Shown here piece by piece: positions 11,861 to 25,000 of a stretch of 64,000 nucleotides of DNA. Position 1 is the first letter of the stretch; every line of letters starts with the position of its first letter. Source of the DNA: Octopus vulgaris (Eukaryota); assembly GCA_951406725.2 (NCBI GenBank), contig OX597818.1, positions 130,262,001-130,326,000 of the forward strand, written 5' to 3'. The notes beneath the pieces are model-generated. The model did not search any database. It saw only the letters and a list, made by a program, of their open reading frames with translations, and had not been told where the DNA came from. The translations under genes and the position numbers were made by a program.

Positions 11861-12415
11861 CAGTGAGTAAAACGTTAATTCACAGATACAAATGAAATCA
11901 AATGTCCAAAGATAATGAAGTCTCTAAGATGAATCCAGCTTTCTATTACTCAGCTACAGTAGAATAATAGATAAAAATCGAGAACACAAATTACAAAAAC
12001 ATTTTGGTAAATTATTACCGAAAAATATGTTTTACTTTTGTTTTTGTATGTTTTTTTTTTTAAATGGCTTAAGGTCAATTTTGTAGGGATATAATTAGCT
12101 CAGTATACTCCTAACATTTATTTTATCAATTCCAGTGGAATGAAAGGCAAAGTTGACTTCAATAAGAACCATTCAACTGATAATTATCTGTTTAATATAA
12201 ACACTTTCATCGCATTTTCCTCCCTGTGGCAATCATGTTTAACACACTTTTTTTTTTGTTATCTAAATCTGATGGTTGCTTGTATTTCTCACTCTCTTTC
12301 TCTCTCTTAAACAATTGATATTCAAAGACAACTCAGGTACCCTACAAATATACTTTAATACAAATGACCCATGTGGTTGACACTGTGTGTTGTAATTAAC
12401 CTGGAAAAGGTATAT

Positions 12416-12575
12416 ATGAGGGGGGTGCTGAAAAGTTCCTGGCTTTAAGGGTATCATAAAAGGCCTGGTTGGAGGCCCAGCCTTCCAAGTTCTTTTATAG
12501 GGCCTAGAAAAACTGAAGGACTGCTGCAGTAAAAGTATGAATCTGAGAAAGGAAATAAAATCATAAAATAAAACC
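12416..12575 (+). mobile_element. mariner-derived MITE fragment
   Basis: TATGAGGGGGTGCTGAAAAGTTCC terminus, then GLEKLKDCCSKSMNLRKE resembling a mariner transposase C-terminus; second TIR not found. Confidence 0.55.
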
Positions 12576-12818
12576 ATGTCGAGAGTAAAGGAATTTTGTT
12601 AACATCTTCGTTCAACTCCATTCATTTATTTATTCATATATAACCCACAAATTTCTGCACATGAACCCGGAGTTTCTACCCTTGGACAGGTCGCTTCAAC
12701 CATGTTTCTGATGTGAATTTGCTACCCTGGTATCGGTTCATCGAATTTTCCATGTTGATGATAAACATAGGATAATTCATTCTCCTATTGAAATATATAT
12801 ATATATATATATATATAT

Positions 12819-13048
12819 CAATGGCCTAGTGGTTAGGGCAGCGGACTTGCGGTCGGAGGATCGCGGTTTCGATTCCCAGACCGGGCGTTGTGTGTGTTTA
12901 TTGAGCGAAAAAACACCTAAAAGCTCCACGAGGCTCCGGCAGGAGGTGATGATCCCTGCTGTACTCTTTCACCACTCTAAAAGGCGGTGCTCCAGCATGG
13001 CCGCAGTCAAAATGACTGAAACAAGTACAAAAAAAAAAAAAAAAAAAA
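12819..13048 (+). mobile_element. Chimeric SINE: family C head with family A tail
   Basis: TGGCCTAGTGGTTAGGGCAGCGGAC...GGTTTCGATTCCC to CTCTTTCACCAC, then AAAGGCGGTGCTCCAGCATGGCCGCAGTC...GAAACAAGTA and poly(A). Confidence 0.88.
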
Positions 13049-13052
13049 TATA

Positions 13053-13447
13053 CTAGCAGTATCGCCCGGCGTTGCTCGGGTTTGTAAGGGAAATAACTAT
13101 ATAAGCATTTTTAGAGAGATATAGCCAAAAATAGCAAAAAAATGCATTAAAAATGGAAAAAAATGATGGTAAATTTTTTTTTAAATCGTTGACACATCGT
13201 AGACATTTTTAGAGAGTTACTTCCCTTATATAATAGCGAAAAAATGCATTAAAATGGAAAAAATGATGGTAAATGTTTTTTTAAATCGTAGACTCATCGT
13301 AGACGCGAGCTAATACCCAGAAGGGCTCGATATGAATCACGACTATAAGATACCCGGTTTTGGTTAAACTGCACTGCAAAATGTGGGAGTAGTTAGGAAT
13401 CTAAATTGTAGGAGATAGACACACAACTTCACTTTTATATATAAAGA
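13053..13447 (-). mobile_element. Non-autonomous Helitron
   Basis: Minus strand begins A|TCTTTATATATAAAAG and ends CCCGAGCAACGCCGGG hairpin + CGATACTGCTAG|T; no TSD; internal ~100-bp tandem duplication at 13106-13304. Confidence 0.9.
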
Positions 13448-13999
13448 TATATAGAAATGAAGGATAAATCCTTATGATTTGAGAATCACAGATGCCATAT
13501 AGGCCCTTGTGATTTGAAGAAGGATTTATTAGGAAAGCAAAATCACTTTTAACCATCAGTAATCTATTTGAGACCTGTAAAAAAACCAAGAAACAGAGGA
13601 TAAACAACAACAACAAAAACCAAACAAAAGAAACAGAGCTATGTTGTAATCATAATCAACAGAAAAGAGCTGGTTTGCAAAGAAAAATCTAGAAAGAAAA
13701 ATAGCAGAATCAGAGTTGTAGTATTCATTGTTGTATTCACGAGTAATACAATATTTTTATACCACCCACCCGTCTCCACTACAATCATTCATCTTGATAA
13801 CATTGTTATTTTGTGGCATTACAGGCATCATTACATCAGTGGGGTTTTTTTGTATACAAGTGTCACAACTGTTCTTCCATCCACAAGCAGAAAATGTATT
13901 ATGAGAACAATACTGGTTTTATATACTTTACCATATCTACAAGATGGTTCATTACTGTAGCAATTATAACGTAGAACCGCACCCACCCACACATGCACA

Positions 14000-14404
14000 C
14001 TCTTTACTCTTTTACTTGTTTCAGTCATTTGACTGCAGCCATGCTGGAGCACCACATTTAGTCGAGCAAATTGACCCCTGGACTTATTCTTTGTAAGCCC
14101 TGTACTTATTCTATCGGTCTCTTTTTGCCAAACCGCTAAGTGACGGGGACGTAAACACACCAGCATCGGTTGTCAAGCGATGGTGGGGGGACAAACACAG
14201 ACACACAAACATACATGTCTATATATATATACATATATATACGACAGGCTTCTTTCAGTTTCCGTCTACCAAATCCACTCACAAGGCATTGGTCGGCCCA
14301 AGGCTATAGCAGAAGACACTTGCCCAAGGTGCCACACAGTGGGACTGAACCCGGAACCATGTGGTTGGTAAGCAAGCTACTTACCACACAGCCACTCCTG
14401 TGCC
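14000..14404 (-). mobile_element. SINE family A, full length
   Basis: Reverse complement of 1479-1887 along its whole length. Confidence 0.93.
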
Positions 14405-14732
14405 TATATATGTATATGTAATGTGTAAATAGAAGACAATTATGACAATGCCACAGGAACAATTTGATAAATTTCCACATCATTCTCTGACTTCCCAAAT
14501 CATTACTTCCATTGCAACTCTTACAACACCTCCGTCAACACCAAACCACACTGATGAATGCAACCAAAAAAGGATTTCCAACACCAACATCACACTTCCC
14601 TCTATTCAACAACCCACTGCATCCAAAAACAAACTACCATTCTGAAAAAAAAAAAAAAGAAAAAGAAGAAAAAACCTTTCCACCTTTCCTTTCTTCTTTA
14701 CTTTGTATTAATCTACTTTGATTTTCATTTTG

Positions 14733-14747
14733 TTTATTATGATTATT

Positions 14748-14782
<35 letters not shown>

Positions 14783-14792
14783 TATGATTATT

Positions 14793-14824
<32 letters not shown>

Positions 14825-14860
14825 CATTATTATTATTATTGTTATTATTATTATTGTTAT
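14733..14860. repeat. (ATT)n microsatellite
   Basis: Direct reading. Confidence 0.95.
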
Positions 14861-15119
14861 AGTTTATTCCCATATGGTTAAAAGATAGCTCCCAAATGGA
14901 GAGAGAGAGCCATGTCTAAGTCTGAGGAAGCTGTGACATGTCACCAATGGACAGTGCTGTAAACACTGGCAGCTGACTCACATCTTAGGGGAGCCACTTT
15001 CAATTGGGAAACAATAATATAAACGAGATAATCTGACAAGATTGTATTAAGCTGGCTGGCCTGCTGACATCTTTAGAGGCAGAACAAGCAGAAGAGACAC
15101 AGTAAGATCCTGAATAACT

Positions 15120-15279
15120 TTGGGTGGAAGGAAAGACAAAAGAGAAAGACAGAAGTGGGAGAAAGGAAAAGGTGAAGGAGAAAGGAAAAGGTGAAGAAGA
15201 AAGGAAAAGAGGTGAAGAAGAAATTGCAGGAAAGGAGAGAAAAACGTGAAAATAGAAATGGATGGTAACTTTGTGTGTG

Positions 15280-15376
<97 letters not shown>

Positions 15377-16420
15377 GAAAGATGAAGATGGAGAGATAGA
15401 AATATAAAAAAATAAGAGAAGAATAAAAACAGGAAGACGGAAGAGAGAGAAAATAGAGCAGATGTAATTTAGAAAGAAAGGATATATCTGTGGAAAGTAT
15501 TGAAGAGCCAAAATGGTAACAAAATAAAGAAAGAAATAAATAAAAGTTGAAAAACAAAGTAAATTATAAAAAATATCCCCACAAATACCACAAGAAAAAA
15601 AATAAGAAAAAAATGGCAACAGTAAAGGAGAGAATAGGAAATAATTGTGAAAAAATTATCACCATAGAATAGAGATATTATGTAAGAGATTGGGTGAGGG
15701 TTAGAAGGTGGAGTATGATGGGCAGGGAGGAGCTAAGGGACAGGCCCAAGGAAGAAGAAAAAGCTGTCAGCCATTGACAAAGAAGAGTAAGGTGTAGAAT
15801 GTGAGGAAAGATGAGAGAAAGAGAGAGTAAGGAGACAAGACTAGAGAGGAGAGTGTAAGGGGAGAGTGAAAATCTACATTGGAATAGAGTTTGGGATGTA
15901 AATAAGTTAGATTAAAGTATGGAAAGGAGAGGAGTAAAGGGCAGAAGGAGAGAACTGTGTGGGAGAGTGAGTGAGTGGGAAGGTGAAGAGTTGAAGACAT
16001 TGTACCGTATGACACAGAATAAGTAATATGTGTGAATTAATTGTTCTAATTAAGTGAAAAGTAACAGTGAAAATATTGTGGGGAGGAATTATGTTGATGA
16101 CATGGTTTTGGGAGGAGAAGAACAGGGAAGTGCAAAGCCATGTCACAAAGGGGAGGAAGATGGGTAGGAAGAAAATAAAGTGGGAGGGAAAGGACTAGAT
16201 AAATAAGAAAGACAGAGAGAAAATATAAATAATAATAATAAGAAGAATAATAACAATAAAATATAGAAATAGACATTAAGAATAAACATGAAAAAAAAAA
16301 ACAAAAAAAACAGTGCAAATATGGAAAACGTAGTTTTGTGGCAGTTTCTTAGGAACAATAAAGATAAAAGCCAAAATTACATTCCAAATAAATGAATAAA
16401 ATAAATAAATAAAACACAAT
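15120..16420. repeat. Purine-rich tract including perfect (GA)n at 15284-15371
   Basis: Direct reading; strong A/G bias on the plus strand. Confidence 0.85.
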
Positions 16421-16553
16421 ATTAAGATTTGGAAAGATGAATTATAACACTACATATATAATAGGATATATATAAAGTACAGTAACTAAAGATGGGACAT
16501 CACACATGGATCATGTAAAGATCTAAATGATAGGATATTATTATTATTATTAT

Positions 16554-17145
16554 TAAGTGGTAAACTGGCACAATTGTAAGCATGCTGGATAAAATGCTTA
16601 GTAGCATTTCATCCATCTTTACATTCTGAGATCAAATTCTACTGAGGTCAACTTTGTTTTTCATCCTATTGGAGTCGATGAAATAAGTACCAGTTATGCA
16701 CTGGGGTCAATGTAATCAACTAGCCTTCTTCCCCCAAATCCCAGGCCTATAGTAAAAAGGATTATTATTATTATATAAGGCATTGAGCTGGCAGAATCGT
16801 TAGCACACTGGACAAAATGCTTCATGGCATTTTGTCTGTCTTTGTTTTGAGTTCAAATTCCATTTAGATTGGCTTTGCCTTTCACCCTTTTGGGTTGATA
16901 AATTAAGTACCAATTGAGCGCTGGGGTCGATGTAATCGACTTACCCCTTCTGCAAAATTCTAGGCTTTGTGCCTATAGTAGAAAGGATTATTATTATTAT
17001 TATTATTATCATCATCATCATCATTTAAGACAGCAAACTGGCAAAAACGTTACATGACTGTAGGTGCAGGAATGGCTGTGTGGTAAGTACCTTGCTTACC
17101 AACCTTGTGGGTGGATTTGGTAGATGGAAAGTGAAAGAAGCCCAT

Positions 17146-17184
<39 letters not shown>

Positions 17185-17586
17185 GATGTATATATTTGTT
17201 TGTTTGTGTCTGGCCTCCCACCATTGCTTAACAACTGATGTTGGTGTGTTTACATCCCTGTAAGCTAGCAGTTCAGCAAAAGAGACCAATAGAATAAGTA
17301 CTAGGCTTACAAAGTGTAAGTCTTGGGATCAATTTGTTTGACTAAAGGCAGTGCTTCAGCATGGCTGCAGTCAAATGACTGAAACAAATAAACAATAAAA
17401 GAAAACCCCAAGTAAAATGTTTAGCAGCATATCATCTGCTTTTATGTTCTGAGTTCGCGTTCTGCCACAATTGACTTTATCTTTCATCCTTCCAGGGTTG
17501 ATGAAATAAGTACCCCTCAAGTCCTAGTGTTGATGTAATCCCCCAAAATTTCAGGCCCTGAGTCTACAGTAGAAAGGATTATTATC
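16554..17586 (+). mobile_element. Three head-to-tail family B SINEs separated by (ATT)n; third interrupted by a family A copy
   Basis: Heads near 16554, 16777 and 17026; each ends CTA(T/C)AGTA(G/A)AAAGGATTATTAT. Confidence 0.85.
17062..17402 (+). mobile_element. SINE family A with internal deletion removing the B-box and CORE-like box
   Basis: CTTACCAACC joined directly to TTGTGGGTGGATTTGG. Confidence 0.88.
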
Positions 17587-17588
17587 AT

Positions 17589-17755
17589 AGGTGCAGACGT
17601 GGCTGTGTGGTAAGATGTCTGCTTCCCAACCACATGGTTCCAGGTTCAGTCCCACTGCGTGGCACCTTAGGCAAGTGTCTTCTACTATAGCCTTGGGCCA
17701 ACCAAACCCTTGTGAGTGGATTTGGTAGACAGAAACTGAAAGAAGCCCATTGTGC

Positions 17756-17815
<60 letters not shown>

Positions 17816-17835
17816 TTATGCATGTGCTTGTGTCA
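17589..17835 (+). mobile_element. SINE family A, 5' half ending in (TA)n
   Basis: Head and body match to GAAAGAAGCCC, then microsatellite; no 3' half. Confidence 0.88.
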
Positions 17836-20109
17836 GTATACAGTAATGAAAGGGTTAAACACTAGGCAGATTTTGAACAAAATTGTGTAGGCGTATTTAT
17901 AAAACAATAGTGAAATCTTGAAATAAGCAGGATGAAAGTTTTCTGGACATGGTTAAGAATAAATAGTAGAAACTATAAACGTATGACTTAATGGTTAAAA
18001 AACAACAAAAGATAAATATATATGATAAATAACCATATTAAGAAACGTAACAAATGATTGTTAAAATTTGTTTATCATCAGCAGCAGGTGGTCTCTTACA
18101 TATGGAAGTGATGCCTTAATAAACTAATGCTTCACAATGAAAGTGTCCTACGACAAGAATAAAAAGAAATGAACAAAAAATAAGGTCTGTGTTCATTCCA
18201 TGACATTTTTTAAAGTGGAAACCAATTACTGACTTTCTACTTATTAGAACATCATCAGCTCAGTTTGTGACCCTGGTAAAATTTGATTGATTATTGATTT
18301 AAGTTGTCATTGTTATTGTCAAAATAGACCTCCAAGCCAACTAACAGCAGAACATAAATTTATAGGCAACCAATATTAATCTTTTACTGCAAACGTAATT
18401 ATTGCTTCCATATTGTATTAGAGATAGTGTGCTGCAAACTGATTTTAATGTTCTTAAGCCAATGGAAGCTTACTCAAAATTTGGCAGGATATTGCTCATA
18501 GAGGTTTCTTGGATAGACAGAACAAGAACAATTAAAAGACAGATGCAGAGCTATAGAAAAAAAATATTAATGACCTGAGCTAAAACTGGCCAACAGATAA
18601 AAAAGAAAGATATATGAAAAAAAAAGAGAGTTCAGAGGGTTATTCAAAGAAATGGAAAACCATTTCTTTTTACTGAAACTCTTAAACATTTGTCTCAGTA
18701 ATAATCTGGCTCATTTCTTTGCTCTTTTCTTTCCTGAATATTTTGTCAGCATCCAAACTGCCTTCAAATCACTGATATCAACTAGTAAGGGGGCATTTCC
18801 TTGAATATTTGATTCACTACAAAACAGCAACTGGATCTTCAAATTAAAAAGGGACACACACTGGATATTTACAATGTACAGTATTTGAAATGTTTTTGAT
18901 CAAGGGCTTGTGCAATCAGCATTAAACTGGGGCTAAACAACAGCGATTTTCCTCCAAAAATACATAATCTCTAATCATACATGCCTCTTTACTATGATCA
19001 TATCATTTAATACAATATATTAAAAATAATATTAAACAAAAATTTCAACAAATTAATTAGCTTACAAGTATAATGTTTCATGCAAGCAATGAAATACAAT
19101 TTTATGAAAGACTTTTGATGAAAAATTATTTTGTTTAGTCCAAAGTTTGATCGTTCCAATATTCAAAAATGTGTATGATAGCAGGGTTAAAGGTATATAT
19201 CTCTCAATAGCCCATTCCAACTGATTATAAATATAGCTACTATGATGAGGTGTTGATTCATGCTGTAGGTATCGACAGCACTGTATGATAGATAGAGTAT
19301 TTCTTACACTTCTTGTAGTGAGTACAAATTTTCCAGGGGATCTTGGGATAGCAATAGGAAATTGCATTTATTCTCTACTGAACCACTAAGAAAGCAAAAT
19401 TCTGATGTAACCCAGATGATTACTTTTGCAAATATTACAGCTTTTTCTACTTCAATTGTTCTTAGGTAATAAAATGGAACTTATGTTTATTCATTCAAAA
19501 TATTGTCATTTTTTACAGCTTGTCTCCGTAAACTTGTCTTCAAATTTGTAATGAAACTTGTATCACTATAATAACTGATCCTAATACATTAGCAATATAC
19601 AGTTCACCAACTTGAGATGAAAGGTAAAGGTAGAGATTTGGTCTCATAACAATGAATGCGCTATGAAGTTTATGGAAACCATAAAGTAACCAATCCTGTT
19701 TTCTAATGGCAATGGCATATTCACTGTCAACTTTTGAAACAATGATAATTAGATACTCATAATGGTTTAAGAATTTAAGAACTGGGAAATATATATCTGA
19801 AGAGAAATTTGAGTATATTGTTTAATTTTTCTCGGCAGAGTAATGAGATGAAACAATCAAAAGACAATCAAAATTAGGTCAATTCCACAAGATCCCAACT
19901 GCAGAACGTTATAGATAAAAATATAAATTATCAAGTTTTTTTTTCTTTTTTAGGAGACAAAAGAACCATGAACACAAATAAAATATTCTATGTACCTAAT
20001 TTAAGCATTTAGTGAGCTTCTACATTCATATTACTGACATGTGAAAGTTTAGAGTTACTGAATAAAAATGATATTGAAATAAAAAAAAAAGTCTTCATAA
20101 ATAACGCAT

Positions 20110-20308
20110 GTGCTTGTATGTATTGTGTGTGTATATATGTGTATATATATGTATGTATGTATGTGGATATATATATGTATATATATATAAATATATATTA
20201 TATATATGTATATACATATATATATGAATATCATGCTAGCATGGAGAACGGACACTAAATGATGATGATGATGATATATATATATATATATGAATATATA
20301 TATGTATG

Positions 20309-20349
<41 letters not shown>

Positions 20350-20460
20350 TATTATATATTTATATATGCATATCATATATATGAATATACATATGTATGT
20401 ATATATATATATATATATATATATTATATTCATGTATACACATATTATATATGAATATAC

Positions 20461-20517
<57 letters not shown>

Positions 20518-20738
20518 GTATGTACATATTATATATATGTATGTACATATTATATATATGAATATACATATGTATGTATATATATATATATATATATATG
20601 ATTTGAACAAATGCAAAATGCAAAGACGTAAAATATTATTTACTTCTTTGTTCCATTTCTGCCATAATCGGATTTCAAAACCTAATTTTTTCACTTCTTG
20701 GTATTAACACATGCCACAATGGACAAGAAGAGATGATG

Positions 20739-20796
<58 letters not shown>

Positions 20797-20820
20797 CAAC
20801 AACATCATCAACATCAACGA
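20110..20820. repeat. Compound (TA)/(TATG) microsatellite with an embedded family D tail (20232-20274), then (AAT)n/(AAC)n
   Basis: Direct reading. Confidence 0.9.
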
Positions 20821-21882
20821 CAATGGAACAGTGGTAAATGGAACAAAAACAAAAACCAAAAATAAACTATTAATAACCATGAAGGTGATGGACATGATCT
20901 GAATAAAATATCAATTAGCAGCTAGATTAAACTTCTATAAAGTCAGCAGAGCCTCACTGTGTCCATATGTCATGTAAGTATGAAACAGAGGTGGTGGGGT
21001 GACAGAAGACTAGCACTGCTAAAAGTGACATCTCTCAGGAGATGTCATAAGCCTAATGCTCTTATCTTGTCAGAGATGGGTGGGAACGACGACGTTGGCT
21101 GAGATGGATAAAAAAGAAAAAAAAAAGGAAAAGGAGTGGGGGTGGGTGGGGGAGAAACAAATAAGAAAGAAGGGAAGGCCCTATTTAGGAAACTATGGAA
21201 ATTAGTGAAGCATGTAGCTGGTTAGCTTTATGATGCATAACGGTTTAATAAGAAAAGCAAATCTACAGCTAATTTTTTTTTTTGCTAATATTTTCTTCAC
21301 TTTCCCTCTTTGTCTTTATAATCATCGTTATTTCAACGCCTGTATGTGTTTTGGAGAGGGTATGTGTTTTGGATTTTATTTCTAAGATTGTTTTATTTTT
21401 CTCTCAGAGAAAAAAAAGTGGGGAGGTTTTCTTTTCTTTTATATTTCTTAAGGCTGGCATGAGCTGGATGAATTTATAAGGACCCTATTCCTCTATAATT
21501 TCCTGCCTTGGACCTAAAAAAAAAATTCAGATTTATACAAACAGCATCATTATTATGTGTAGAATAGAAGGTCCTGGCACTAATATCCTTGATTAAAGTA
21601 TCAATGCTTACACTATTTGGTCCTTCTTCCTTAATAATTGCAGTCTATTGCATATACCAGGCATTCTCATTATTATTAACTAGCTGAATTGTTAGGTGCC
21701 AGACAAAAGGCTTTTTAGATTTTGAGTTCAGATCCCACCAAAGTTAACTTTGCTCTTCATCTATCTGGCGTTGACAAAATAAAATACCAGTCAAGTCCTG
21801 GTTCAATGGCATGGACAAATTTCCTTCCACTAAAATTGCTGGACTTGTACATTCATCAGAGAAAACTTATTATTAATAATAC

Positions 21883-21919
<37 letters not shown>

Positions 21920-21944
21920 TATTATTATTATTATTACCGATAAA

Positions 21945-22385
21945 ATAGGTGTTCAAGTACCAGAGTCATCAATGCAAGTTTTAATTCCAACTTTTTCAGT
22001 TTCTTTGGTAACATTTTGGGTGTTGTGCCAAGTGCACCAATTACTACAAGAATAACTGTTGTCATAGACTTCAACAGTCTCTTCGGCTCTCTGATATTTC
22101 TTTCAACTTTTTCAATTACTTTGGCATCAACTCTATCATAAGGAATTGCAAATTTATGATCTTATATTGTTTATTCTGTCTTCTATAATCATATCTGATC
22201 TTCTTGCTTCACCAGTATTTCCATAAGATCCTGTAATTCTCATTTTCTAACACAGCCTCTGGTTCATGCTTGTACTACTTCTCTGTTATTTTGAAGTCAC
22301 AAACTCATCTAACATCCCAATGCATCATTTTACCTACACAGTCATGCTCTCACTTATACTCATTTTGTGCTAGTATGCTGCACTC
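21945..22385 (-). pseudogene. R4/Dong-type non-LTR retrotransposon RLE-domain fragment
   Basis: Manual minus-strand translation ECSILAQNEYK*EHDCVGKMMHWDV, YKHEPEAVLENENYRILW, EARRSDMII, FAIPYD, VVIGALGTTPK; collinear with ORF 58570-59124; flanked by (ATT)n on both sides. Confidence 0.87.
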
Positions 22386-24014
22386 ATTATTATTACTATT
22401 ATTATTATTAATAAAGGGGCCAGTAGATTGGTGGAGTTGTTAATGTATTGAACTCTTTATGTTCTAAGCAAAAACTACCAAAGTCAGGATCAATAACAAA
22501 GTACCAGTCATGTACTGAGGGGGTCAATGTAACTGACTAACCTCTCCCCCATAAACTGTCTGTCATAAAGAAAAAAGGAAGTGTATTACATTTTTAGATA
22601 TACCATTTCTGAATAACAAAATAAGGTCACAGCTGGAAAGCCTTTGATTGTAAGTCATTTTGATTAAGGCTGATATCAAGGGATAATCGACAACTTAGTT
22701 ACTATGTTAAATTGTCAGACCTATCAGTGTTTATTCTCAGTCATAAAGTCTGGCTAGTATGAAACTATGTCTTCATGGGGAATACAAATAAGATCAAAGT
22801 GTGTCTGGAGCTGTCACCAGAATACCTGCCAGAATGAAGACTTGGGAACGACTGCATGCTCACATACAATTTTGATTAGTTTAAACTTTGGAATTGTATC
22901 CCTTACCCGTGTGTTCTTTTCTTTCTTTTTTTTTTGAATGAACCAGAATTAATCATAAAGCTAATGTTTTCATTTACCCCACTTCATCTTGACTGTAATT
23001 TATTGGCCCACAAGTTAGAATCAACTTATAAATGAAGCTAAATGGATTCAAATATCACAATGCTGTACCAATAACTGGGTACAACTGCTAACCCTCACCC
23101 CACACCACCTTGTCCAGTAAATTCTATATACTAAGAAGTGGCTTGTATTATATATCAATACCATTTGAACTTCTTCAAGCAATGAAAGTGGTACTCATTT
23201 TGACAAATAAAATTGAACTTTTATTCTCCTTTTTTAATGTCCAGAACCTTAGCCAACAAATCACTTTTAACCTTCGAGACCATGAAATTAACCTAGTTTC
23301 ATCTGAAACAGACTGCAAAGATGTATATTTACTTCATAGTTGCAATTATTAACAGTCCAATTAAATGCTTCCTGATGTTGAAGAACTACATAATTTCTTT
23401 TAAATATTGGTGTTTTCCTCATAGATATAAACTAAGCAGAAGATGGAAATATATGTGTTTGTGTGTATGTGTGTCACTGTATGTATGTTGAAGCAAATCT
23501 ATTGTTTCTTAATGAAAATTTAAATTGTAGTTAGTAGTTACAACATTAATATCTTCAGATGAGGAAGATCACCTGCTGATGATGACAGCAAGTATAGTAT
23601 CTGGTAAATAAATACACTTTAAAAGCAGGTGCAATTTATTTTATTTGTTACAATACCTAGAATTAATTATGATTAATTGGTAAGTATATTCCAATTTTCA
23701 GTAATTGCGGGGAATAACATTAACATATTAATTTACAATAATGATTAGTGACAACAATGACAATAATAATTAGAGATAAATAGGAATTTTTTTGTTTCTT
23801 TTGTTTCCTTATTTGTTTCATTTATACAATTGTACCAATACAAAAACAGAAATGCAAATCTAGAAATAACAATGTTTGCAATATTATACATTTTTGACAT
23901 CATGAAAAAAAATATATTCCCTCAAAAATAAAAGAATATAGCTATGAAAATAAGAATTGTTTCCTTGTCAACATTTTAAGGTTCATACTGCTATAAGTCA
24001 TACAACAGAATTTT

Positions 24015-24262
24015 AGGTGGTACATGAAAAGCACCATTTGAGCGTGGCCGTTGCCAGTACTGCCTGACTGGCCCTCGTGCCAGTGGAATGTAAAAGCACC
24101 CAGTACACTCTCAGAGTGGTTGGCGTTAGGAAGGGCATCCAGTTGTAGAAACTCTACCAGATCAGATTGGAGTCTGGTGCAGCCATCTGGTTCACCAGAC
24201 CTCAGTCAAATCGTCCAACCCATGCTAGCATGGAAAGCGGACTTTAAACGATGATGATGATG
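24015..24262 (+). mobile_element. Family D retroposon (two modules)
   Basis: Homology to 3728-4125; very similar to 32620-32880. Confidence 0.88.
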
Positions 24263-24625
24263 TAAGACTTGAAGTTGAGTATATTAAGTTCAATCAAAGC
24301 TGGCAACATTACTAGGTGACGAATTGGCAGACTTGTTAGAGCACCAGATACAGTGCCTCATGGTATTTGTCCTTATTCTGTATTCTAAGCTCAAATCTCA
24401 CCAAAGTCTGCTTGACCTTTCATCCTTTTGGGGTTGGTATAGCAGAAGTACTCTTCCAGGGAAGAGGTCAGACTGGCAGAATTGTAGTATTTTGTCACTG
24501 CTCCTAATGTTCTGAGTTCAAATCCTGCCATGTACTACTTGGGTGGTAGGCTTAATCAGTTGCCTGATGAAAGACCACCACCTAGCACCTTATGTACTTT
24601 AGCAGAGTCTATTCTGTTGCAAGCA

Positions 24626-25000
24626 TGTGTGTGTGTTTATGTATGCCAGTGTGATAATGTGTGCATCCATGTATGTGTGTGTGTGTTTATGTATGCCAGT
24701 GTGTTAATTTGTGTGTCTGTGTGTGTGTTTATGTATACCAGTGTGATAATGTGTGCATCCATGTGTGTGTGTGTGTGTGTTTATGTATGCCAGTGTGTTA
24801 ATGTGTGTGTCTGTGTGTGTGTTTATGTATACCAGTGTGTTAATGTGTGTGTGCATGTGTATGTATCTGCATATGTTTATGTATGCCAATGTGTTAATGT
24901 GTGTGTCTGTGTATGTGTTTATGTATACCAGTGTGTTAATGTGTATGTATCTGCGTATGTTTATGTATGCCAGTGTGATAATGTGTGCATGTCTGTGTGT
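24626..25000. repeat. ~40-45-bp minisatellite, about 8 units
   Basis: Unit core GTTTATGTAT(G/A)CCAGTGTG(T/A)TAATGTG with a variable (TG)n spacer. Confidence 0.92.

Noticed and set aside
19062-19367. Host exon candidates in unique sequence (also 28070-28291 and 34510-34770)
   Set aside because: No recognisable domain, codon bias or convincing splice pair; small exons cannot be excluded without RNA data.
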